A stretch of 64,000 nt of DNA from Balanoglossus misakiensis (Eukaryota; Animalia; Hemichordata). Position 1 is the stretch's first letter, and the number at the start of each line of letters is the position of its first letter. Location: contig CM082577.2 in NCBI GenBank assembly GCA_040954595.2, forward strand, positions 11,999,654-12,063,653, read 5' to 3'. Below, piece by piece: positions 48,211 to 62,800 of the stretch. The position numbers were made by a program, and so were the translations under genes. Under the pieces are notes generated by a model. That model was not told the DNA's origin. It was given only the letters and a program-made list of their open reading frames with translations, and ran no database searches.

Positions 48211-50759
48211 TATAAAATAAAATAAACATACTGCAAAAAAAAAAAAAAACAGGTAGTGTGGTTGTTAATGACAGTATTTGCCCAGCATTTCTGTAAAACC
48301 CAGTTCAGTTCCCGAAGCCACTTCAATTCATTTCATTTCACGGAGACCCTGAAAGATGCGATTTTGGTTGTGCTTGGACCAGTCGTCTAGTCGTGTGTTT
48401 GTTTAAAAACATTACATTCATCCACAAATCCTTGAAATTGGACAATTCTTACATGTAGAATGAACGAAGCAGCCAACCGTAGTGTAGACAGGGCAAGACA
48501 GCAACTGAAGATCCTAGTAGCTTAATCAAAATGTAATTTCTTCCTTCTGAGAATGGGCAGCAACTACATGTAAGCTGTCAGGTTTACAAGACAAACCGTC
48601 AAAGGAACTCTTTTATCTCATCCACCATGTGGCTGTTGAATTCTACTTTTGAATGGTTTCACATGTATGCAACATGACTTGACTTTTTAAGTCCTGTTCA
48701 TTTTGTACAGGTTTGGTTGTTATAAATTGACTTCTTGTGTCCATTTTTGTCCGCCAATTTACTTCCCCTTTTTGGGATGAATAAAGAGTGATTGAAATGA
48801 ACAGAACTGGATTCTCCGTTGAGGAGCCTTGAATTGTGTTACATGTAAACAGTGATGAGTGTTTAATTTATTGGAGGAAAATGTCTCATGCCAAGTCGGC
48901 AGAATTCCAGGGTCATTTCATTTCATCATTTCTATTGTTCATCACCAATTTGAAGGTGAGATTTGATCAACAGAGTGATTAATTTTTCATGCGCGACCTT
49001 CAGTGTGCTGATTGCGTTTGGAATGTCTTATATAATTTCATGGTGTCACACGATCCACAATAAAACACAAGCTATGGTAATTAAAACTCCATTAGCTGCA
49101 ACTTCTCGCTATATTTTCAGTAACTTTTTGTGTGTATACTGTAGTTTCTTGTTCAAATCCCTAAAACATGATGAAGTGCCCAGTACCCAGCTTAATAACA
49201 CAGCCTACAAGTATAGACAGCATTGTTATTGTGCCAAATTTTAATTCATCTGTCAACTATAACAATGGCAGTTGCACACATACAGGCAATGTTGACAAGT
49301 GGAGTCCTGGGTTTAACAGGCATGCTGTTTGGAGTAGAACAAGAAATCGCATTTGCCAATTCTGGTACACAGAACCAAAATACTGAAATGAAGCCAAAAG
49401 TTCACCTTTTCACGGCAGTGAGGGCGATTCCGGTAAGGCCATTGCATGATCAGTCAATCACCAAGTATTGGTAAGAGACAGAAAACTAGAATGGAACCAC
49501 AACATACCTGTGAGACCAACCATGAAAATATTGATATAAACAATCCACTTAGTGTCCACCTCGTCTCTCACCGCATGATATTCTCTGAAAAAGTCTCTCA
49601 GTCCCTCAATCAAGATCCACATTCCATAATTCAAGCCAATGCAGAATAACGTCACAATGATATTACAGACGACGATCACATATCTCCACCAGTCAGGGGG
49701 GCCGTCCGGGTGCTCTGTCCAACAAGACTTCAGCAAACTTTTGACAAACATTCTGCTGTTGAGATAGAAGAAAAGTTTATGATCCAAAAATCTGTTTGAA
49801 AGTATAAGCAGGATATCAGGTTTTATATTTTAGGCTTGCCGCTTCAGTGGCCATTACACACAGTCACCTATAGGCTATAATCTCAAAAGCTGTACTTAGT
49901 ACCGTACGATATATTACCGGCAGGATGGGTCTTGGAGTAGAAAACTATATCGCATTTGGTGCAAGAACAAAAATACTGTCAATAGAGCCAACAGTTACAG
50001 CTACCGTAGTGTCCCTTTAATCATAAGCTGAAGTTTTTGTCTGTTGTTGGCAGATGGATGGAAAAATCTGTTTTTGTCATCCAACCCCTGACTAAGAAGA
50101 ATCTTGATCTACAGTGTACTGCAGCTGCATATTTATACAAAACTCTATGCCATATAAAAAATTGGTGAATTTCAGAATAAACAATTTGTGAGACAATAAT
50201 CCGGTTGTCAAAATGTCACATTTTTTTTTGCTTTGAACTAGTTGATACTAGGTTGTTTCATATGTACATGTAATCTATTTTCAAACTGAATTAGCATTTT
50301 TTTCCACTGAATTTGCTGTAAATTTAATTATTAATTTTAGCTCCCATCCTAACCAGCTGAAGGAACGAACACACACACACGGCGGTCAAAGGCCAACCTC
50401 ACCATAGAGGGAGTTGTTCCCAATCTCACTCAGTATTCATGGCGGCATGCATCGGGCATCCAAGGAGGTAAGGTATAGAGCCTGGGGGGGGGGGGGGGGG
50501 CTGGATTGTCAGAATAGCTTACGTTCAGACATTTAGCAGCTACTGAGCTCAAATACTTCATACCTCCAAACTAGCCATAACTTTTTGCCTAAAATTAATA
50601 AAGGCACGCATATAGCTAATAGTTATCAGAACAGCAAATTGGAATCTGCATACTTTTTATCAACATGACAGAATTAAAGTATACATTTTTAAGGTGCGCA
50701 GATATTTCCCATGGAGACTGACAAAATATTTCAATCACACAATTACTGACTTAATAAAT

Positions 50760-51290
50760 ATATATTTATTTATTGACTTAAATGCAATACGACAAGCCAC
50801 AACGGGCTTCACTGTAAATAATACATACATTCTCAAACAAGTTGCTGTTCAGGATACATAAAAATAAGAGGGAAAAACACACTAACACAGGTTTCTGAAA
50901 ATACCTGAACTCACACAATTGTTGAAGACAAAATGAGGTATAGGCAGTCAGTGTACATGTACTTTGTAAAGTAGGGACTTACGTTTCCCATTTAGCAGTA
51001 AGTTTTGGTGTACCTTGACTCGTGTCATTGAGGAAGAGTTTGAGTTTCTCCGTATCTGGCAATTCTTGAAAATCGTGAAAATGCTTGCTGGTAATATCAA
51101 ATAAATTTTCATTATATAAAGTACAGCGTAAAAGAAAGTGAAATTCGTCTTCCATTGCATTCTCTGTGTAAAATATACAAATTCTTTCATTCAAAGCTTC
51201 TTCTCCAATCTGCCTGTTTCAACTCGTAGTGGCAAAATTCCAAGTCTGAATTGAGCTAGGAAAGTCATTTACTACGGTCCAGAATATTAA
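50760..51290 (-). pseudogene. Decayed 3' end of a LINE ORF2
   Basis: LAQFRLGILPLRVETGR and ERICIF..AMEDEFHFLLRCTLY, homologous to the C-terminus of the intact ORF2; frameshifted. Confidence 0.7.
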
Positions 51291-52981
51291 AACAATGGAT
51301 AGTTAAAGCAACAAAACAACTATATAAATTGAAAGCACTATGCCAAACAATAAAAAATATTTGCATAAATGTTGATAAATCATGAAACAATGGTTGAAAA
51401 TTTGATGCATGGAAATCTCACAGGGAAAATTTTCCTACAAACATTTCAGCAATAATATATATATGCCTGCTAGTAATAGTGTTGACACAATAGAACAGCT
51501 GAAATGGCTCCTCCTACTGGTAGTCAGCGGTGACCACCGTTTTGCAAAATAAGTAGTCTGTAAGGAGCAATTGGTAGTCAGTTGACATGTGACTTCTGCT
51601 AAATTTGAGCCTGTATCAAACACTCTGAATGCTAGGATCATGAATTCTATTCATGAAAACTGACCATGATTTAGGTTTGAGGCAAAGTTTAATTCATTTA
51701 ATTAAATCAGGATAGCGGAACAATAGTATTTCCCCATGTCACTTTTGCACTTGGCCACTACTGCTACGGTGAAGTCCCTATGCTTTGTTATTTAAGGTTG
51801 CTATGCCAACAGGCAATGCACTGCAGCACTATTGTTCAAGGAATTGTCCAGGAGATTTGGAACAATGCAGTGCATCAATGTTTTTCACCGCCATGTCCAT
51901 GTCGCTGTTGTGTATGGCTAACATGAGTTGCCAAGCAATTGCATTACAGCAATGTGCATGTCCACACCAGTGTCTCAGTACAGTATATATCCACAAGGTT
52001 CCACTATGAGTCCTTATCTGCATACATGACAGTTTTACAGTGTTCCGGCATTTTCTCTCTGTACTCCGAGTTGATCCCATCCAGAGCAAGATTGGAACCG
52101 ATGCTAGCACAGCGCAACCAAGTGTCAGATATGTCAAACTCAAACGCAACCTGGTGAACAAAAAATAGGACAACAATGAAGGGTGGTAAAGGGATGTTCC
52201 TGAAAATATTGCAACCATTATAAATATGAAAATTTCATATGACTTTACATGGCCAAAGGTTGTGTCTAAGTATTCTAATAGCCATCGTGGCACTTTTTTG
52301 GCATGTGCCACGTACCAACTGAAAATCAGTGACTGGCTGTATTTGCATTTTCCATGGTACATGTAACAGTGATTAGGTGACAAATTGTGCCTCAAATTAC
52401 ACCACATCACTAGACCTTTAAACCGATCTAGTCCTGGAAGTGTTCTAATTTGTTTGAACAAAAATCCTCAAAAGAAAAAGTGTGACAACAGCCTGTGTAT
52501 ATTTATGAATAATTTAAGACTGCAACAAAAATCTGGAGACAAAACTGACCTTGAAGAATTTCCGCAGATGATCAACCACAGCATAACAAAAACCAATCCA
52601 CCAAGTTCTCTGTGAATAAAAAATAAAAACAGTGGCTATTAATTTTATCGTAGAAATTGATCAGAATCAAAACATTTGTCACCATTGCCAAAACATGAAA
52701 AATATCAATTTTTGCGTACCCCCAGTTTCTGTTCTACTGCACATCAGTGTGCCCTCTAAGCCAATATGAGGCGCCACTGACCCAACAAACTCACTGGTGA
52801 CTCAAGAAAATTATCAACACTACATGAAAAAGTATAGGGCTGACTCAGAGAAATTTTTTGAAATTCTCAAATTGACTCAAAGCTTTGAAAATTTATTTAG
52901 AGGGCTAGACATCATTTATTAAAAGCTGTAAATTGTATATCTCTGCAGCTTTCAACATTTAAATCAAATCACTTGACTTAC

Positions 52982-53108
52982 CTGGCTTCTTCCATTTCAT
53001 AGAATTTCATTTCTGTCTTGCTGTCTTTTATCGTCTTTGTCAGATACAGCGACAGCAAACCCATGGCAACGACATGCAATGTGCAGGTTATCCGCCATAT
53101 TTGATTAT
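52982..53108 (-). other. Isolated exon with strong splice signals; coding status unknown
   Basis: ttttctctatgcag acceptor and CAG|gtaagt donor. Confidence 0.4.
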
Positions 53109-53639
53109 CTGCATAGAGAAAACAAAGAAATAATTAGTTTTGTCTTGTAGTCCGATTTATGGTTTAATCGCAACAATTAAACCAGAAACACAAGATTTGC
53201 GCAAATATAAAATCATCACACATTAACCTCAGTGGTACATGAAGCTATTAAAATCATAGACCTTTCATCTCTGTGATGGAGGATTCAGGAACTTTGGTTA
53301 AAGACTAACTTGCTGTGACAGAATGACATTTCTAAAATGTCAACTGAACAACAATGAATATATCTAAGGCATTGTGGGTAATTAAACCGTTTGTGCACAG
53401 AAATATCAGTTTCACAATTTGAAGAAGTCTCAATATAAAAATTCAAGATTCACATCCATGGTTGTATATTTCTGCCTTAAACATTTTGTTTAATGTTTGA
53501 ATTACATCATAAAAAGTCAACTTGCCTGTCACATGACTAGACACTGCTATAGCCAAACACAACAATGCAGGTATACTGTAAAGATCCTGAAACAAACGAA
53601 GAAAATATCTCAGTATTTTTTTCACATTTTTTCAATTTC

Positions 53640-54600
53640 ATAAAGTCCCTTTTCTTTTTGCTGATGACAAGTACCCATAATTCTACATTATGGGTACTGG
53701 AATTTCTACCCTATTCACTCCTAATACCAGCACGAGGAGCATACAGAATTGAACGTCTAACAGTATATAGTGCTTTCATTGCTTTCATTTTCAAGTGTAA
53801 CTGGTTTTGCTTAAATTTGCTATTAGTAGTATTAAGCATACGCCAAATTCTTTGGCTTGACTGATCATTTCACCATGAATTTTGAAGCCACAGTTTTCTT
53901 TAACATTCTGCTTTTCCTAGGCATGTTGAGAATCATAAATTTGGTTTTGACATTTACTGTGAGCTCCCATTGTTGGCGGTATACACCTAGTTTGCTTTCA
54001 CAGTTTTGAAGCCCTTCTGTAGATTCTAAAATTAGCAATAAATCATCGATCTGCATAAATAATACAGTTTTAACTTGACACTATCCAGTTCGACTAGAAA
54101 ATCAGATTCTTCCCCAAAAATATCAGTGCAATCATTTAGAATTTTTTTTAAAATGAGACAGACAAATTACATCCCTGCTGAACTCCACAAGATGTCTCAA
54201 ACCTCTTTGAAAACCTTGTAATTAACATTTTCCAACCTTGTTTTAATTAATGACTGATAAAATTTACCAACTTCAAAAATAAATCCTTCTTCAAAACACA
54301 ATCAGAAGCCCATCTCAAGTCAACAAAAGCTGAGTATAAATAATTTCCTCTCTTTTTCCATTCAGTTTAGACACATTTGTTTATTGCAGTGTTGGGAACA
54401 AACATAGAATCAGATGTTCTTGTGTTCTTTCTGAACCTGAACCAAAATGGTGCAATAAGCCTGTTAATGTCTAGGTAGCTTATTAACTGTGTATTGAAAA
54501 TTGACCTTGCATAATTTTGATAAACAGCTCGATAGTGCTATGGCCCTATAGTTGCATGGATTTGACGTATCACTAGATTTATGGAAAGGTTGTAACATAG
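53640..54600 (-). pseudogene. Decayed LINE reverse-transcriptase fragment
   Basis: Remnants NYRAIALSSCLSKL, GVQQGCNLS, DDLLLILESTEGLQ..WELTVNVKTKFMI, with stops and frameshifts. Confidence 0.7.
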
Positions 54601-55726
54601 CTGATTTCTAAACATTGGATTTCTGAAGAAAACTCCTATTTTTCAAAATATCCCAATTTTTGTTGAATTGGGTGGTTTTGGTACCATTTTCTGGAACATT
54701 TTGCATGGGGACCCTATATTTTTTTCTCCTTTTTTTCAAAGAAGGTCATTAGAAAAACTGAAAGAATACTTTCGTGGCCATCAGGACATTAATTTGAATG
54801 GTAGCGACTACCTTTCTAGATGATACTACAACGACTGACCTATTTTCCAAGTGTCTTGCTCCAGAAACATCATGATGGACTGACAACTTCTCCAGAGATC
54901 TTCATGTTGAACAAGGTTCTCTCCTCCAATTGCACACCACCCTGCAAAACATTCAAGCCACAAAATCAACTAAAGCCAGCAAAGAAACAAAAACAAAATC
55001 TGGAACAGTCATTGCTTTTCAAGTTTCTCCCTAGAAACCATTTGCTACAGGAACATGTCTCCTTTGGTTTTCAATCAAGAGGCTGGTCAAACAGTGTTTT
55101 CCAGTGGAGATATTTTAGTTCTTACTGGTGTTTGGCTTACTACAGTTAGACATCTCCTAAAAATGCTAAATTTTGATTTACATCATCTAGTTGTCTTAAA
55201 AAGATGTCGCAAATATGCATATTTAACATCATGACAGGGAAATGCAACACCGTACAATCATTTACCTGATCACTGGTTAGCTGCCATGCCCAATAATCTC
55301 ATGATCCAGAACACACTGCCAGGCAAGATCTTCTAACACCATGGACTTCATTCCTGGAGACATCTCACTGTGTTCTTGAACTTGGTTCTCAAAGGACAGC
55401 TTACATTTTTGGGGAAGTGGGTTTAGTCTCCAAACATTGGAAAAACACATTTTTCCAATGTTTAGATTACACCGTCAGCACGTGAAGCTACCCACTATGA
55501 CGGCACCTACTCTAAAAGGGCCTGCCCCCAGAATCCCATTACAAGGCCGTGTGTCCCTATCTAAAGGAAGGAGTCCCACAACTCAGTTTGCAAACTGAAA
55601 TTTGAACAGTAAATCAAACAATTCGTTCTTACCCGGGAAGGGCCCAATACCCCCAAACCTCTGCCCCTGTGCGCATCCAGGTCCAGGTCTTGTGTGATCT
55701 GTAGAGATAAACAGATAGAAATATAA

Positions 55727-58067
55727 TGTTAGTAAAGTGCATGAAAGAAATTATTGGAATAACACATACCGAAATTAACGCTGGATTTTTTCTTTGTCTT
55801 CTCCTTGGTCTTCTGGTCTTCGTCTTCTCCTTGGTCTTCTGGTCTTCGTCTTCTGGTCTTCATCCGGGGGTATCTGTTGAAGGAATCAAAGGGGAAAAAA
55901 TGGTTAGAATATATTAAAATAATTTTGCATATTATACATGGATAAACACATACCATAATTAACGCTGGGTTTTTCTTCGTCTTCTCCTTGGCCTTCTGGT
56001 CTTCGTCTTCTCGTTGGTCTTCTGGTCTTCATCCGGGGGTATCTGTTGAAGGAATCAAAGGGGAAAAATGGTTAGAATATATTAAAATAATTTTGCATTT
56101 TATACATGGATAAACACATACCATAATTAACGCTGGGTTTTTCTTCGTCTTCTCCTTGGCCTTCTGGTCTTCGTCTTCTGGTCTTCGTCCGGGGGTATCT
56201 GTTGAAGGAATCAAAGGGGAAAAATGGTTAGAATATATTAAAATAATTTTGCATATTATACATGGATAAACACATACCATAATTAACGCTGGGTTTTTCT
56301 TCGTCTTCTCCTTGGCCTTCTGGTCTTCGTCTTCTGGTCTTCATCCGGGGGTATCTGTTGAAGGAATCAAAGGGGAAAAATGGTTAGAATATATTAAAAT
56401 AATTTTGCATATTATACATGGATAAACACATACCATAATTAACGCTGGGTTTTTCTTCGTCTTCTCCTTGGCCTTCTGGTCTTCGTCTTCTGGTCTTCAT
56501 CCGGGGGTATCTGTTGAAGGAATCAAAGGGGAAAAATGGTTAGAATATATTAAAATAATTTTGCATTTTATACATGGATAAACACATACCATAATTAACG
56601 CTGGATTTTTCTTCGTCTTCTCCTTGGCCTTCTGGTCTTCGTCTTCTGGTCTTCGTCCGGGGGTATCTGTTGAAGGAATCAAAGGGGAAAAATGGTTAGA
56701 ATATATTAAAATAATTTTGCATATTATACATGGATAAACACATACCATAATTAACGCTGGGTTTTTCTTCGTCTTCTCCTTGGCCTTCTGGTCTTCGTCT
56801 TCTGGTCTTCATCCGGGGGTATCTGTTGAAGGAATCAAAGGGGAAAAATGGTTAGAATATATTAAAATAATTTTGCATTTTATACATGGATAAACACATA
56901 CCATAATTAACGCTGGGTTTTTCTTCGTCTTCTCCTTGGCCTTCTGGTCTTCGTCTTCTGGTCTTCGTCCGGGGGTATCTGTTGAAGGAATCAAAGGGGA
57001 AAAATGGTTAGAATATATTAAAATAATTTTGCATATCATACATGGATAAACACATACCATAATTAACGCTGGGTTTTTCTTCGTCTTCTCCTTGGCCTTC
57101 TGGTCTTCGTCTTCTGGTCTTCATCCGGGGGTATCTGTTGAAGGAATCAAAGGGGAAAAATGGTTAGAATATATTAAAATAATTTTGCATATTATACATG
57201 GATAAACACATACCATAATTAACGCTGGGTTTTTCTTCGTCTTCTCCTTGGCCTTCTGGTCTTCGTCTTCTGGTCTTCATCCGGGGGTATCTGTTGAAGA
57301 AATCAAAGGGGAAAAATGGTTAGAATATATTAAAATAATTTTGCATTTAATACATGGATAAACACATACCATAATTAACGCTGGGTTTTTCTTCTTCTTC
57401 TCCTTGGTCTTCTGGTCTTCGTCTTCTCCTTGGTCTTCTGGTCTTCATCCGGGGGTATCTGTTGAAGGAATCAAAGGGGAAAAATGGTTAGTATATTTTA
57501 AAATAATTTTGCATTAATTACATGGAATAACACATACCGAAATTAAAGCTGGGTTTTTCTTCGTCTTCTTCTTGGTGTTCTGGTTCTTCTGGTCTTCATC
57601 CTGGGGTATCTGTTGAAGAAATCAAAGGGGAAAAAATGGTTAGAATATTTTAAAATAAATTTGCATTTTATACATGGATAAACACATACCGTAATTAACG
57701 CTGGGTTTTTCTTCGTCTTCTTCTTGGTGTTCTGGTTCTTCTGGTCTTCATCCTGGGGTATCTGTTGAAGGAATCAAAGGGGAAAAATGGTTAGTATATT
57801 TTAAAATAATTTTGCGTTAATTACATGGAATAACACATACCGAAATTAAAGCTGGGTTTTTCTTCGTCTTCTTCTTGGTGTTCTGGTTCTTCTGGTCTTC
57901 ATCCGGGGGTATCTGTTGAAGGAATCAAAGGGGAAAAAATGGTTAGAATATTTTAAAATAAATTTGCATTTTATACATGGATAAACACATACCGTAATTA
58001 ACGCTGGGTTTTTCTTCGTCTTCTTCTTGGTGTTCTGGTTCTTCTGGTCTTCATCCTGGGGTATCTG
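55727..58067. repeat. ~15-copy 156/151-bp tandem array (exon+intron-like unit on the minus strand)
   Basis: GTATCTGT anchors at 55870, 56039, then every 156 bp to 57287, then 57455, 57606, 57758, 57909 and 58061. Confidence 0.95.
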
Positions 58068-58688
58068 TGTGATAAATCTGTGGAGAAATCACAAAGAAAT
58101 TGATTTGTATGTGTGGAAAGATGGATTGACCATACAGACGGATGCGCAGCATAATATGTCGAAGATTGCACTGGATTCTGATTGCCTCCTCCTAAAATTT
58201 GATTTCACCTGACAAAGTAACTGTTGAGAAAGCAGAAAGAAACTGTTTAATATAATGTGGCAAGATGCCAAATAAGAATATGTAATGTTGAGGTTGGTGG
58301 AGTGGGGTGGTGGTGGTGGGCCGTGGGCTGGATTCTCTTTGTCTTCACTTTAAAGTCCATTTCTTCTACAATGGCGACTGGTTTACTGCTGGTTTCTTCA
58401 CTTCAAATTTCGTTTCTTCCGACATGACTTCAGCGTGGGCCTTCCTTGGCGAAATCTGGTTGTCTTCTCTTTAATTTCTTCTGGATCTGGCTGTTGAGAA
58501 GACAGAAAGAGAATGGCGAGAATGGGCTGGTTTACTGGTATCTTGACTTCAAAGTTGGTTTCTTCTGGCATGACTTTGTTGAAACAAGTAAAGGCCATGA
58601 AAAATTGATCTTATGGGCGTTCGCGTTATAACTTTAAATATTGCACTTTCAAGGGTCAGTTAAAAAAAACACCAATCGCGAAAATCAA

Positions 58689-59333
58689 GAACGAAAACGA
58701 AGTGTGTCTGTCGGACAAATATTGCAGTTTGAAGATCCGGTCATCAAAGATGTGCCCTTCCTGCTCGCTCGCTCGGTGCCAATCTGCTGTTTGGTTGTCT
58801 TCTCTTCTGACACGATGACAGCAGAAAGAGACTTGTGTGGCAGGAAAATCATGGAACGAAAACGAAGTGTGTCTGTCGGACAAATATTGCAGTTTGGAGA
58901 TCCGGATCCGGTCATCAAAGATGTGCCCTTCCTGCTCGCTCGCTCGCTTGCTCGGTGCCAATCTGCTGTTTGGTTGTCTTCTCTTCTGACACGATGACAG
59001 CAGAAAGAGACTTGTGTGGCAGGAAAATCATTGAACGAAAACGAAGTGTGTCTGTCGGACAAATGTTGCAAGTTTGGAGATCCGGTCATCAAAGATGTGC
59101 CCTTCCTGCTCGCTCGCTCGGTGCCAATCTGCTGTTTGGTTGTCTTCTCTTCTGACACGATGACAGCAGAAAGAGACTTGTGTGGCAGGAAAATCATGGA
59201 ACGAAAACGAAGTGTGTCTGTCGGACAAATATTGCAGTTTGGAGATCCGGTCATCAAAGATGTGCCCTTCCTGCTCGCTCGCTCGCTCGGTGCCAATCTG
59301 CTGTTTGGTTGTCTTCTCTTCTGACACGATGAC
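58689..59333. repeat. Four-copy 166-178-bp tandem array with variable (CTCG)n
   Basis: GAACGAAAACGAAGTGTGTCTGTCGGACAAAT at 58689, 58855, 59033 and 59199. Confidence 0.92.
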
Positions 59334-59546
59334 TATTGAGAAAGCAGAAAGAGAATTGTGTGGACGGATGAAACTTTAAAATATTCTTCTGGGAAAGGAG
59401 AAAAGAAATGGTGTTGAGAAACGAAAAACGGAATTTCAGAGAAGCTTGGGCGCGGGTCTTCTTCGTGAATTAGGCCTATGCGGTATTGCCGAGAGAATTG
59501 GTGGAACTGGTCTGGGCGCGCATCCTTGTCTTCGAACGTGTTTTAA

Positions 59547-59870
59547 AAAAAGTTTCAAGCAGCTAATCTGTAAACTGGACGACCGATATCGCGAAGACTT
59601 TTTGCAACCACGCAGTTTCTTTATTTGTTCCGAATAAAAACGATCAACCGTGTCGTTATTTTATACATAACATGCAACTTAGTTTACCAAAGACACCTAT
59701 CATTTCAGAAAAGTTTCAAACAGCTAATGTGTAAACTGGACGGCCGATATGGCGAAATTGCGGCGTTTTGCAACTATGTAGTTTCTTTCCACCTTTCCGA
59801 ATAAAAATTATGAACTGCTGTGCCGTTTTATAACATGCAACTTAGATAGCCAAAGTCACCTATAATTTAA
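59547..59870. repeat. Diverged two-copy ~160-bp tandem duplication
   Basis: AAAAGTTTCAA.CAGCTAAT.TGTAAACTGGACG.CCGATAT at ~59547 and ~59709. Confidence 0.75.
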
Positions 59871-62800
59871 CTAAAATCTCGCGTGTCAGATAAAAACTTT
59901 TGCGTGAATGACAAACGCCTATCTTTCCCATAAAAAAAACTGTTCTTACCGAAAATTTTAGGAGAATTTGGACCCCCATAGGTATCTAGCAGCATACCTC
60001 TAGCCCCAGACAGGGTTAGTGGGTTGGTGCAATGTGGTGCATGTGCGAACTGCCTGAGTCTGCAGGTCGGCTGTCAGATCCTGGCTCATACGGACAGCTA
60101 ATTTATAAACCGGTCGACCCATTTAATTACATGTGAAGGTTACCAATATCGCGAAATTATGGCGCGTTTTGCAATCGATTTAGCCTATTTTCTTTGAAAA
60201 ACACCGATCATGCAAATCATAGAACGAAATTCGAAAACGTCGTGTGTACATGTCTGTTGGACAAATCGTTTGTACCCAGCCGTGGTACATTTTAGGCGCG
60301 TGTTTTTCCGAAAATACCGGTAAAATACACAGAAAATGCAGTACAATGGATTTGAACCGGGCTGAAAGTATACATATAATTTAGGCCTAAACAGTAAATC
60401 ATGTCAAATGTAAAAGGAAAACTTATCTTTAGTGCGCATCGCAGCAGGTTGGAGACACGGGCACGTAGAGATCCGCTTCTGTAAGATGTTGCTTGGAGCT
60501 CGCCCTGTGAAAAAATGAGGTTTGTTTCTCGAACGTCTTGTTCAAATAAAATATATTCAAATATATTCAACCGCCAAAACGCATAGAGAATATTTCAGCA
60601 TTCGGAGAAACGCGTCGCTCATTGGTGTTTCAGTCCAACTCGGAAAAACACTATTGTACAAATACAGGTGGTTACAGTTCACTGCTGTCACGGTATCGAT
60701 TTATTTTATCGAGACAAAAGGGGCGACCCAAGGATATTTGCATGCAAAGGGAAAATACTATTAACACCTATTGCAATGGCAGGGGTACTTGGTATCCAGT
60801 GAGTACCAGATTAAACTGGAAAACTACGCGCGTTCATCTTTTTCCCATAGGATTACACGTGGAATAGCTAGAAAACCCACTTCTACTGTTGTAATGTTCA
60901 CGATAGCTCTGTCAAGTAAAGATAAATTAATTCATTCATTCCAGTAAAATCGAATGGTCACCGCGCTCAATTTTGAGATATATTTCGTTAAATATTTTCC
61001 CCATAGACAAACCATTCGTGATAAATACTGAGTCTGTAGTTTTCTTTTTTTGTCGACTTAATTCATGGCTCGTTTTTTTAAAAAAAAACAAGCGCGGTGA
61101 CCTCTATATTTTATTACGGATTTTCATTATGTATACAAAGGAGAATCCAAAAATTCACATTAAAATGACAATGCTTTCAAAAATGTTGTAATAACTTTCA
61201 AGTGCCCGTTAACGGGCGTCCGCATCATTTTTCAAGGAATTGCGACAGCGTTGTTTACATGTAACTGTCAACAGTATACTGGATTATAGGGATCATTTTG
61301 ACTAAAGTGAGCCAGCCGAGCGCTTCTTGGACACTACCATTCTCTGGTGGGGACAACGCGCAAACCAAACACGCCATTTTCAAATGCTTTCTCAGACTTG
61401 CTCAGACTTGCTCCAAGTCTATGGGCTTCATTATGTGTAGGGAACGCGTCGGCACGCGCTACCCGAAACCACAAGCTCATCAAGGAAACATTTCGTAGTG
61501 AAACATTTATAAAACGCAAAGTACCAAAGTACCAAGGCCGACTTCTCATACTGGCCGACTGTAAGCGCTGGCCGACTTGCAAACTGGCCGCCGGACTTCT
61601 CATGTATTCGTTAGTAGGGTTTAGGGTCAAGTTTTATGGAGATCGGTCGCTCACCTGCACTAAAACTAGAAAACATAACAACAAACGGATCATTCACGGC
61701 CAAAATATAAAAGAGTCATTTTGTTAAGAAAATCCAGTGTTTTGTTCCAAAATAAATTTAAGTTTTTTTCTTTTATAAATGTCTACGACCATTCAGGTGA
61801 CTCGCCACTCTCATCCTCCCAAACGGGCCGTCCCCACCAGAGAATGGCAGAGTCCAAGAAGCGCTCGGTCGGTTGGACACTTAGCATGCTTAGTCATATG
61901 ATCCGATTATAGAATGTCTTTTGGGGGAATCCCTATCAAATGGTCGCTTGTTTTCGATAAGCGCTCTGTCTAGGTCGCTATCTTTCAGGCGAAATCTTCA
62001 AAAATAGCGCAGACCCGAGAATCGAAATTATATATTTTAAAAAAAGCACTGGTGATTTTTTTTTCTTTTTGACAGGGAGCAAGTTTGACGGGTACTTTCT
62101 TGTTTTGGGTATCCCCAAACAGAGTAGTTGACCCCAAACTTTACATTTGAAAAGAAAAGTTCGTGATTTTCATAACAAAAGGGCAGGGAAACTGGTGACT
62201 GGAGCGGCTTTCCGGGCACGTCATTGGCCAGATCGCTTCCAAATATTAATGATAGGTTAATTGTTATGCTAATAAGCAACACACACTACTATGTCTGTAC
62301 GGCGAGTATCTGACAAAAATGACCAATACATGCTTGTAACCCTACCCATTTGCGGAAAGTAATCACCAACACAATACTTCGCCTGTTGCAAAACACACGA
62401 ATGAAATTGATTTACAAAATCACAGAATGGCCTATATAGTTAAAAAAAATACGGTAAATTGCATTAATTGCGTAAAATTATCAATCCTCTCATCAGTCAC
62501 GGTGCACCCACAATTACACATAACGCGTAGCCCCCTCAGAAAACGCCCCAAAAGACACAAAATATCGCTACAAATTGGACAGCAGGTATGAATTTTGACA
62601 TGTGAGGGGTGGTATCGATGGCGATTTATTGTTTAAATTTTGCCTTTGAGTGAGTGAAAACATCTTCTGAACTCTGCATGCAGTGCACTGTCAAAAGTGG
62701 CATTGTTTCCGAACTTCTCTCGTTTTATACATGTATGTCTATAGGCGCGATCGCCGAACAACAAACATCGCCGTGTACTGTATAAAACACAAACACTTAA

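Noticed and set aside
51829-52461. 210-aa minus-strand ORF
   Set aside because: No recognisable domain or splice support; composition looks non-coding.
55727-59333. Regular arrays resembling CRISPR or repeat-protein genes
   Set aside because: No unique spacers and no cas genes in a eukaryotic context; unit ORFs are short and stop-interrupted.
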